A stretch of 64,000 nucleotides of DNA, taken from contig DATGDT010000257.1 of NCBI GenBank assembly GCA_035310725.1, positions 1,216-65,215 on the forward strand. The letters are read 5' to 3'. Both the position numbers and the translations under genes were made by a program. This document shows positions 26,280 through 33,623 of this stretch, one piece after another. Source of the DNA: Gemmatimonadales bacterium (GTDB taxonomy: Bacteria; Gemmatimonadota; Gemmatimonadetes; Gemmatimonadales; GWC2-71-9). Position 1 is the stretch's first letter; every line of letters starts with the position of its first letter. The notes below the pieces were generated by a model. It did no database searches. It worked only from the letters and a program-made list of their open reading frames with translations, and was not told the origin of the DNA.

Positions 26280-27224
26280 ATGCGTCGAGCGAAGGCGTCG
26301 AGCGAAGGCGTCGAGCAGCGGCGTCGAGCGAGAACGTATTCGCTCGACGGTTCTGCTCGACGATTTCGCTCGACGTTTGTGCTCGACGCCTTTCTGTTGT
26401 CGTGCCTCGCCTGTGCCGCCCCGACGAACCGCCTGGAAGTGGCCGGCACCGTCGAGATCCGTGACATCGGCATCGCTCCACTCGCCGCCGGCCGGGTCGT
26501 ACGCCTGCTGAAGGACGAAGGCGATTCGGTACGACGCGGGGACACCATCGCGGTGCTCGAGCAGCCCGGCCTCCCGGCGCTCATCGGCCAGCGGCAGGCC
26601 CAGGCCCAGGCGGCACAGCGGCGCACGGCGGAGGTCCGTGCGGCGGTCGCCGACAGCACGCGGGCGGCGAACGATCTCGCTCGCGCGGGCTCCCTGCGCG
26701 AGCAGGGCATCATGTCGGCGCAACAGTACGACGCGCTGGTGACCGCCGCCGCGGCGGCCACGGCCCGGCTCCAGGCGGTGCACGCGGCCGCGAGCGAGTC
26801 GCGCGCCGCCGCCGCGGGACTCGCGGCCACCGAGGCGATCCGCGACGAGCTCGTGCTGCTCGCTCCGGCGGACGGCGTCATCCTCACGCGCTATCTCGAG
26901 GCGGGCGAGGCCGCGAACGTCGGCGTGCCGGTCGTGTCGCTCGGCGTCGTGGCACAACCCTGGATCCGCGCGTACGTCGGTGAGCCGTACATCGCGCGGG
27001 TGCACCTTGGCCAGACGGTGACGATTCGCGCCGACGGTCTGGCGACGCCCGTCAGCGGACGCATCGTCGACATCGCGACGCGCGCCGAGTTCACGCCGCG
27101 CGCCGCCCTCACCGACCGCGAGCGCGCCGATCTCGTCTTCGCCATCAAGGTGGGATTCGACGATCCGGCCGGGCGTCTCAAGGCCGGCCTGCCCGTGACG
27201 CTCGAGCTGCCGCTCACGCCGTGA
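26280..27224 (+). CDS. HlyD/YbhG-family membrane-fusion (periplasmic adaptor) protein of the ABC-2 exporter
   Basis: ORF 314 aa. Resembles E. coli YbhG (biotinyl-lipoyl-like GRVVRLLKDEGDSVRRGDTIAVL; C-terminal RAEFTPRAALTDRERADLVFAIKV). Start is uncertain: ATG 26280 or in-frame GTG 26379 (LDAFLLSCLACAAP lipobox-like). Confidence 0.8.
   Translation: MRRAKASSEGVEQRRRARTYSLDGSARRFRSTFVLDAFLLSCLACAAPTNRLEVAGTVEIRDIGIAPLAAGRVVRLLKDEGDSVRRGDTIAVLEQPGLPALIGQRQAQAQAAQRRTAEVRAAVADSTRAANDLARAGSLREQGIMSAQQYDALVTAAAAATARLQAVHAAASESRAAAAGLAATEAIRDELVLLAPADGVILTRYLEAGEAANVGVPVVSLGVVAQPWIRAYVGEPYIARVHLGQTVTIRADGLATPVSGRIVDIATRAEFTPRAALTDRERADLVFAIKVGFDDPAGRLKAGLPVTLELPLTP
26282..26390. repeat. 109-nt symmetric array: four 13-nt-period direct units (core CGTCGAGC) followed by four inverted units (core GCTCGACG)
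   Basis: Direct cores start at 26283, 26296, 26309 and 26322. Inverted cores start at 26342, 26355, 26368 and 26381. All four core pairs share one symmetry axis (position sums 52671). The first two units are identical (gcgtcgagcgaag). Confidence 0.95.
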
Positions 27225-27955
27225 GCGACATCGCAGTCGACATCCAGCAGTTGACGCGCCGATTCGGCGCCCTCACCGCCGTCTCCGGACTGACGCTCCA
27301 GATCCCCCGCGGGCAGGTCTTCGGGCTGCTCGGGCCCAACGGCTCGGGCAAGACCACGACGATCCGTATGCTGTGCGGCCTGCTCGATCCCTCCGAAGGC
27401 ACCGCCTCGGTCGCGGGGATCGACATCCGCACGGCGCCGGAGCGCGTGAAGATGCAGATCGGCTACATGTCCCAGCGGTTCGGGTTGTACGAGGATCTCA
27501 CCGTCGCCGAGAACCTCGAATTCTACGGCGGGATCTACGGCCTCCGCGGCCGGGCGCGCGCCGAGCGCACGGCGGAGGTGGTGCGCTTTCTGGGCATCGG
27601 CGGACGACTCGAGCAGCTGGCGGGGCAGCTGTCGGGCGGCTGGAAGCAGCGCCTGGCATTGGGCTGCGCCCTGCTGCACCAGCCTCCCGTGTTGTTCCTC
27701 GACGAGCCGACGGCCGGTGTGGACCCGGCCGCGCGACGCAACTTCTGGCAGGCCATCCATGATCTCGCGCACGGGGGCACCACCGTCCTGGTGACGACGC
27801 ACTACATGGACGAGGCCGAACGCTGTGACCGGCTGGCGATGATGAGCCTGGGGCACCTGATCGCCCTGGGCACGCCGGCAGAGGTCGCGGCGCAGGTCGG
27901 CGGCCGGACCCTCGAAGACGCCTTCATCATCCTCCAGGAGCGCGACGAGCGATGA
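27221..27955 (+). CDS. ABC transporter ATP-binding protein (ABC-2/YbhF-like)
   Basis: ORF 244 aa: GPNGSGKTT, LSGGWKQRLALGCAL, LFLDEPTAGVD. GTGA overlap with the hlyD-family gene. Confidence 0.92.
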   Translation: MSDIAVDIQQLTRRFGALTAVSGLTLQIPRGQVFGLLGPNGSGKTTTIRMLCGLLDPSEGTASVAGIDIRTAPERVKMQIGYMSQRFGLYEDLTVAENLEFYGGIYGLRGRARAERTAEVVRFLGIGGRLEQLAGQLSGGWKQRLALGCALLHQPPVLFLDEPTAGVDPAARRNFWQAIHDLAHGGTTVLVTTHYMDEAERCDRLAMMSLGHLIALGTPAEVAAQVGGRTLEDAFIILQERDER

Positions 27956-29064
27956 TGTCCCGCTTCTGGCCGATGTTCCGCAAGGAATTCATCCAGATGA
28001 AGCGCGACCGGCTCACGCTGGGCATCATGATCGGCATCCCGGTGGTGCAGCTGCTGATGTTCGGGTACGCCATCCAGACCGACGTGCGGCATATCCCGAC
28101 GGTGGTCCTGGACCGCTCCCGCACGCCGGAGAGCCGCGATCTGATCGCGGCGTTCGAGAACACCGGGAGCTTCCGCATCGTGGACCACGTGGACGGCCAG
28201 CCGGCGCTCGACGCTTCGATCGAACGGGGGCGGGCGCAGGCCGGCATCATCGTCCCCCCGGAGTACGCCCGCGATCTCGGCCGCGGCCGCACCGCGACGG
28301 TGCAGGTCGTGATCGACGCCTCCGACCCCCTGTCGTCCCAGTCCGCGCTCGCGGCGGCGGCCGGCGTCGGCCAGGTGCGCAATCTGGCCGCGCTCGTCGC
28401 CGGCGCCGGTCGCTTGAGTGTCCCCATCGACGTGCGCGTGCGGCCGCGCTACAACCCCGGGCTGCGCAGCCCGAACTACATCGTGCCCGGCCTGGTGGGG
28501 GTGATCCTCACGCTCACCCTCGTGCTCATCACGGCGATGGCGATCGTCCGGGAACGCGAGCGCGGTACCCTGGAACAGCTCATCGTCACGCCGATCACCA
28601 AGACCGAGCTGATGCTGGGGAAGATCGCCCCCTATATCGGAGTGGGGATCGTGCAGATGACCGCGGTCCTCACGCTCGGCCGCTTCGTGTTCGATGTGCC
28701 GCTCTCGGGCAGCCTGCTGCTGCTCTACGGCGTGTCGCTGATCTTCGTGATCGCCAGTCTCTCCTTCGGCCTGTTCATCTCCACCATGGTCAGGAACCAG
28801 CAGCAGGCGATGCAGGTCAGCTTTTTCTTCGTGATGCCGAACATCCTGCTCTCCGGCTTCATGTTTCCACGCGCGGCGATGCCGGCGTTATTCCAGTGGT
28901 TCAGCCTCCTGCTGCCGCTCACGCACTATCTCCAGGTGCTGCGCGGCATTCTGCTCAAGGGCGTGGGCCTGAACGCGATCTGGCCGCAGGTGGTGATCCT
29001 GTGCGGCTTCGCCGTAGCCCTGATCTCGCTGGCCGTGCGGAGATTCCACAAGACGCTGGACTGA
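27952..29064 (+). CDS. ABC-2 type transporter permease (YbhR/YbhS-like)
   Basis: ORF 370 aa. Has an N-terminal cytoplasmic segment, one TM helix, a large periplasmic loop and five C-terminal TM helices. ATGA overlap with the ATPase gene. Confidence 0.9.
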   Translation: MMSRFWPMFRKEFIQMKRDRLTLGIMIGIPVVQLLMFGYAIQTDVRHIPTVVLDRSRTPESRDLIAAFENTGSFRIVDHVDGQPALDASIERGRAQAGIIVPPEYARDLGRGRTATVQVVIDASDPLSSQSALAAAAGVGQVRNLAALVAGAGRLSVPIDVRVRPRYNPGLRSPNYIVPGLVGVILTLTLVLITAMAIVRERERGTLEQLIVTPITKTELMLGKIAPYIGVGIVQMTAVLTLGRFVFDVPLSGSLLLLYGVSLIFVIASLSFGLFISTMVRNQQQAMQVSFFFVMPNILLSGFMFPRAAMPALFQWFSLLLPLTHYLQVLRGILLKGVGLNAIWPQVVILCGFAVALISLAVRRFHKTLD

Positions 29065-29071
29065 AGAGGCA

Positions 29072-29156
29072 GGGAGTGGGGAGTGGGGAGTGGGGAGTGG
29101 TACTCGGCGGAGCGAAGACGGAGTTCCGCCACCGTCGGGTACCACTCCCCACTCCC
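29072..29156. repeat. Heptamer-array palindrome: (GGGAGTG)x4 GTAC, 35-nt spacer, GTAC C(ACTCCCC)(ACTCCC)
   Basis: Direct units span 29072-29099. An 18-bp perfect stem pairs gggagtggggagtggtac (29086-29103) with gtaccactccccactccc (29139-29156). An inner ggcgga/tccgcc pairing sits in the spacer. Confidence 0.95.
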
Positions 29157-29175
29157 GGTCCCCACGCGCAAGTTT

Positions 29176-29844
29176 ATGGCGATGCCCCCTGCCCCGGAAA
29201 CCCGCTCCGCGCGCCGCCGCATGGTGCGCCGGCAACTCGCGGCGCGCGGCGTTCGCGACGCCCGCGTGCTGGCGACGATGGCCCGCATTCCGCGCGAGTG
29301 GTTCCTGGCCGACGCCCTCGACCCGCAGGCCTATCGCGACGGCCCGTTGCCCATCGGCAACGGACAGACGATCTCGCAGCCCTACATCGTGGCGGTGATG
29401 ACTGCCGCGCTCGGCGCCCAGCGACGGCACCGCGTGCTCGAGATCGGCACGGGATCGGGATACCAGACTGCGGTGCTCGCGCGTCTGGTGGGACACGTCT
29501 ACACGGTCGAGCGCTTGCCGGACCTGCTGGTCGAAGCGGAGGAACGGCTCCGCCGGCTCGGAATCGGCAACGTGACCACGCGACTCGGCGATGGAGCCGC
29601 GGGGTGGCCCGAGGCGGCACCGTTCGACGGCATTCTCGTCACCGCCGCGATCCCGCGTGTGCCTCCACCATTGCTCGAGCAGGTGACACCAGGCGGGCGC
29701 ATCGTGGCGCCGATCGGTGACCAGGCGGAGCAGGAGCTGGTCATTCTGGAGCGACGGGCAGCCGGGTGGGCCGAGCGCAGCGCGGGCGGAGTCCGTTTCG
29801 TGCCGCTGATCTCGCGGCTCGCGTTTCCCCGGGAGTCGCCCTGA
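29176..29844 (+). CDS. pcm: Protein-L-isoaspartate O-methyltransferase
   Basis: Real part of ORF 29083-29844, starting at ATG 29176. Motifs: GQTISQPYIVAVM, VLEIGTGSGYQTAVLA, FDGILVTAA. Confidence 0.9.
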   Translation: MAMPPAPETRSARRRMVRRQLAARGVRDARVLATMARIPREWFLADALDPQAYRDGPLPIGNGQTISQPYIVAVMTAALGAQRRHRVLEIGTGSGYQTAVLARLVGHVYTVERLPDLLVEAEERLRRLGIGNVTTRLGDGAAGWPEAAPFDGILVTAAIPRVPPPLLEQVTPGGRIVAPIGDQAEQELVILERRAAGWAERSAGGVRFVPLISRLAFPRESP

Positions 29845-30716
29845 TTCTCCACGACGACCTGCTGGGCGCGCACGTGTCGAGTCTGGGCGGCGTGGCGCAC
29901 GCGCCCGAACGCGGACGAACCGTCGGCGCGAACGCGATCCAGGTGTTCACCAAGACGCCCAATCAGTGGCGCGAACCGGCGATCGACGCGGCCCAGGCCG
30001 ACGGCTTCCGGTCCGCATTGACGCGGTCGAGAATCCGCGCCGTGGTGGCCCACGACAGCTACCTGATCAACCTGGCCTCGCCCGACGCGGCGTTGCGGGC
30101 GCGCAGTGAAGCGAGCTTCACCCGCGAGCTGGAGCGCTGCCGGATGCTCGGCATCCCCTGGGTGGTGAGTCACCCCGGGAACTTCATGGACGAACGCGCC
30201 TCCGGGCTCGAACGCAACGCGCAGAGCTATGCCGCCTGCCTGACCCGCGTGGACGGGCCGGGGGTGCTGATCGAGGGGACCGCGGGGGCCGGGACGGCAT
30301 TGGGCGCGACCTTCGAAGAGCTGGCGGCCCTGCGCGAGGCGCTGCCGCCCGCGCTGCGGCCGCGCGTGGGATTCTGCCTCGACACCGCCCATCTGCACGC
30401 TGCCGGGTATAACGTCGCCGCGGATATCGCGGCGGTGTGGGAGGAGTTCGACCGGGTCGTAGGAATGGCGCACCTGCGGTGCCTGCACCTCAACGATTCG
30501 CGGGTGGCGCGGGGATCGCGCATCGACCGGCACGCCTGGATCGGCGAGGGTGCGATCGGCCCCGAGGCATTCCGGCACATCATGCGGGACCAGAAACTCG
30601 AGGGAGTGATTAAGATTATCGAAACGCCGAAGGCGGACGACCCGGTGCGTCACGACCGGCGCATGTTGCGGCGGCTGCGCGCGTACGCGCGTGGCACCCC
30701 CTCCACGGCGTGTTGA
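29766..30716 (+). CDS. nfo: Endonuclease IV (AP endonuclease, xylose-isomerase-like TIM barrel)
   Basis: ORF 316 aa: LGAHVSS..GG, AHDSYLINLASP, SHPGN, CLDTAHLHAAGY, HLNDS. The only canonical start before the conserved GAHVS strand is GTG 29766, which overlaps pcm by 79 nt. A CTG/ATT start near 29841 would fit homologs better, so the 5' end is uncertain. Confidence 0.85.
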   Translation: MGRAQRGRSPFRAADLAARVSPGVALILHDDLLGAHVSSLGGVAHAPERGRTVGANAIQVFTKTPNQWREPAIDAAQADGFRSALTRSRIRAVVAHDSYLINLASPDAALRARSEASFTRELERCRMLGIPWVVSHPGNFMDERASGLERNAQSYAACLTRVDGPGVLIEGTAGAGTALGATFEELAALREALPPALRPRVGFCLDTAHLHAAGYNVAADIAAVWEEFDRVVGMAHLRCLHLNDSRVARGSRIDRHAWIGEGAIGPEAFRHIMRDQKLEGVIKIIETPKADDPVRHDRRMLRRLRAYARGTPSTAC

Positions 30717-30724
30717 GGACCATC

Positions 30725-31084
30725 ATGCAACGCTGGTCGACCAGAGCGCAGCGCGGAGTGGCACGCGGCATCGCAACCCTGCTGTTCGTTCTGCAGGCGG
30801 GGGCGGGCGGAGCCGTGGCGCTGGCGCATGCCAACGACTCTCTCGGCGGGCCGGCCACCCTCGAGTCGCATCACAGCGCACAGTGCGTGACAGTCCACGA
30901 TGCCGCACGCTGCGCGCAGTGCCAGTATCAGGCGACCCGCGTGCTGCCCGCGGCGCGGCGTCGCGTCCCGCTCGCGTCGGGCGCCACCCACACCCAACCC
31001 ACCTGCGAGCTCGCGCGCCTCGCGCCGCCACGGCCGCCCCTGCGCGCCGCCCCACCTCGCGCCCCTCCCGAGTCTCTCGCCTGA
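30725..31084 (+). CDS. Small membrane-anchored His/Cys-containing hypothetical protein upstream of the RND efflux genes
   Basis: ORF 30710-31084 with possible starts GTG 30710, TTG 30713 or ATG 30725. N-terminal TM IATLLFVLQAGAGGAVALAHA, then ESHHSAQCVTVHDAARCAQCQY. The position is analogous to small periplasmic or regulatory proteins of czc/cus operons. No family is recognised with certainty. Confidence 0.45.
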   Translation: MQRWSTRAQRGVARGIATLLFVLQAGAGGAVALAHANDSLGGPATLESHHSAQCVTVHDAARCAQCQYQATRVLPAARRRVPLASGATHTQPTCELARLAPPRPPLRAAPPRAPPESLA

Positions 31085-31207
31085 GTTCGGTCAAGCACCG
31101 CGCGTCGACGGGTACGATGCGCGCGTAGAGTCCACGGGTGCTCGCGGAACACCTTCGTTCGCCGGCCGCGGTCCCCTGCTGGACCACCCGTTCGGAGGCA
31201 TTGGGAG

Positions 31208-32512
31208 ATGTCGCACGTGCGATATGTGGTTCTGGTACTGGCGGGGACAGCCGCCGGGATCGTTCCGGGGAAAGCGCGGGGCCAGGAAGTCCCGCGCACC
31301 TCACCCCCGGCTCTGGTGCTCACGCGCCGAGATGCCGTCGATTCTGCGCTGGCTCGCAACCCGCAGCTGCGCGTCGCGCGGGAGCAGGTCGCGCAGGCAC
31401 GGGCGCGCGCCGTCCAAACCGGCGCGTTTCCCGATCCGACGCTCACCGGCGATCTGACCGGACAGACAGGCGCAACGCGGTTCCGCTCGAACACGGGGAG
31501 CGACGTCGGCATCGGCCTGCTGCTCCCGTTCCCGACCAAGTTCCTGTTGCGCCGGCAGGTGGGCGGCGCCGACGTGGCGGCGGTCCAATTCGACTACGAA
31601 CAACTGCGCCAGGAAACGGCCTCGCTGACGGCGCAGAGTTACGACGCGCTGATCGTGCTGCTGCGCCACCGGGCCGACCTGATCGACGGAGACTCCCTGG
31701 CGCGGGAGTTCCTGCACAAGACGCAGGTCCGCTTCGAGGCGGGCTCCGTGCCGCGACTGGACGTGCTGAAGGCCCAGGTGGATCTCGCCCAGGCGGAAAA
31801 CGCCCTGCTCGCCAATCAGCGCGACGTCGCCAACGCCAGAGCGGCGCTCAACCGACTGCTGGGGCGTCCGCTGGGCGCCGGAATCGAGGCCGCCGACACG
31901 CTCGCGGTTCCGCCTGACCTGCCGCCACTCGATTCGCTGGTGAGCGTCGCGCTGACCCGCCGCCCCGAGCTCCTGGGGTTGGCGCGGCAACGCGCGGGCG
32001 CCGGCGCCGCCACGGCCCTGGCCCAGCAGTACTGGCTGCCCGATCTGGACCTCTCGGTCGAGAAGAACCTGAGCCAGGGCACGCCCGGCACCTACACGAC
32101 GGGCATCGGCATCACGGTGCCCCTCTTCTTCTGGAACCACCAACGCGGTGAAGTGGCGGAGTCGAAGCATCGCGAGCGTGAGCTCGACGCCGCCTACACC
32201 GATCTCGAAGCGGAGGTCGAAGAAGACGTGCGCACCACGTATGCCGCCGCAACCACCGCATTGCAGCAGGCGGTCTATCTGCGCGACCATCTGCTCCCCG
32301 AGGCCCGGCGAGCCTACGAGATCGCCCTGACGAGCTACGGGCTCGGCGGCGCCTCGACCCTCGACGTGCTCGACGCCCGTCGGACCCTGCTCGACGCCGA
32401 AGGCCAGTACGCCGATGCCCTCGGCGCCGCCAACGATGCGCGCGCCGACCTGGAGCGCGCGATCGGCACTCCCCTGGACGATGATGCCGCCGGAGCCCGC
32501 CATGACCATTGA
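31208..32512 (+). CDS. TolC-family outer-membrane efflux protein (CzcC-like)
   Basis: ORF 434 aa with a signal peptide and two OEP repeats, each with a coiled-coil pattern. Precedes the MFP and RND genes. Confidence 0.85.
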   Translation: MSHVRYVVLVLAGTAAGIVPGKARGQEVPRTSPPALVLTRRDAVDSALARNPQLRVAREQVAQARARAVQTGAFPDPTLTGDLTGQTGATRFRSNTGSDVGIGLLLPFPTKFLLRRQVGGADVAAVQFDYEQLRQETASLTAQSYDALIVLLRHRADLIDGDSLAREFLHKTQVRFEAGSVPRLDVLKAQVDLAQAENALLANQRDVANARAALNRLLGRPLGAGIEAADTLAVPPDLPPLDSLVSVALTRRPELLGLARQRAGAGAATALAQQYWLPDLDLSVEKNLSQGTPGTYTTGIGITVPLFFWNHQRGEVAESKHRERELDAAYTDLEAEVEEDVRTTYAAATTALQQAVYLRDHLLPEARRAYEIALTSYGLGGASTLDVLDARRTLLDAEGQYADALGAANDARADLERAIGTPLDDDAAGARHDH

Positions 32513-33623
32513 CCGCCGCGCCGTGATCGTCGCCGTGCTGTGTGCCGCCTGCGGGCACGGCGGCGCGAAAGTCGAGGCCGACCAGGGTGCCGCCTTCGGG
32601 CTCACCGCCTCCCAGCGAGCCCGGATCCATGTCGAGGTCGTGAGCGCTGCAGACTTCCGCCCGACCGTCGAGGTCAGCGGTACGGTGGCCTTCGACGGCG
32701 ACCACAGTACGCAGGTGCTCGCCCCCATCTCCGGGCCGGTGAGCCGCATCCTTGTGGAGCCCGGCGCGCGGGTCGCCGCAGGGCAGCCGCTCGCCTACGT
32801 GTCTTCGCCCGACTTCGCCGCGGCGCTCGCCGCCTACCGCAAGGCGGAGGCGGCCGCCGGCAACGCGGTGCGCGTGGCCGCCCGCGACTCGGCCCTGTAC
32901 GCCAACGACGCCTTGGCACGCCAGGAGCTCGAGCAGGCGCAAACGGAGGCGGCGGCGGCGGTCGCGGACCGCGACGCAGCGGTCGATCAGCTCCGAGCCA
33001 TCGGCGTCGACGCCACGACCATCGACGCGCTTCGCCAGGGGCAGTCGATTCAGATCCTGCAGGGCGTGATTCGCGCGCCGCTCCCCGGCACCGTGGTCGA
33101 GCGGCTCATCACGCCGGGCCAGCTGCTCACGGCCAGCCAGACGCCGTGCTTCACGGTGGCCCGGCTCGGGACGATGTGGGTGATGGGAAACGTGTTCGAG
33201 CAGGATCTTCCCGACGTGGCGGTGGGCGACGCGGCTGACGTCCAGCCCACCGGTGGCGAGCGCGTCTTCCACGGACGCGTCGACTACGTCGGGGCGCTGG
33301 TCGATCCCGAGACGCGCGCCACGGCGGTGCGCGTGGTGACCGACAACCCGGGCGCGGGATTGAAGAAGGATATGTACGTCCGCGTGGCCATTCACTCGCG
33401 TCACGCGCGGCGGGGGCTGCTCGTCCCGACGTCGTCGGTGCTGCGCGACGATCAGAATCTGCCGTTCGTCTTCCTGGTCAAGCCCGACAGCTCTTTCGAG
33501 CGACGCACCGTGCGCCTGGGCTCGCGCGTGGGAGACCGGTTCGAGGTCGCGTCCGGCCTCGCCGCCGGGGACCACGTCGTCACCGAGGGCGCGCTGTTCC
33601 TGCAGTTCGCGGAGAATCAGTGA
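32502..33623 (+). CDS. RND efflux membrane-fusion protein (CzcB/CusB-like)
   Basis: Real part of ORF 32415-33623, starting at ATG 32502 (MTIDRRAVIVAVLCAACG lipobox). HlyD_D23-like barrel regions are present. Confidence 0.85.
   Translation: MTIDRRAVIVAVLCAACGHGGAKVEADQGAAFGLTASQRARIHVEVVSAADFRPTVEVSGTVAFDGDHSTQVLAPISGPVSRILVEPGARVAAGQPLAYVSSPDFAAALAAYRKAEAAAGNAVRVAARDSALYANDALARQELEQAQTEAAAAVADRDAAVDQLRAIGVDATTIDALRQGQSIQILQGVIRAPLPGTVVERLITPGQLLTASQTPCFTVARLGTMWVMGNVFEQDLPDVAVGDAADVQPTGGERVFHGRVDYVGALVDPETRATAVRVVTDNPGAGLKKDMYVRVAIHSRHARRGLLVPTSSVLRDDQNLPFVFLVKPDSSFERRTVRLGSRVGDRFEVASGLAAGDHVVTEGALFLQFAENQ

Noticed and set aside
26282-26390. Possible CRISPR array
   Set aside because: The repeat units are only 13 nt, contiguous with no unique spacers, and half are inverted. 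There are no cas genes in the window. This is not a CRISPR array.
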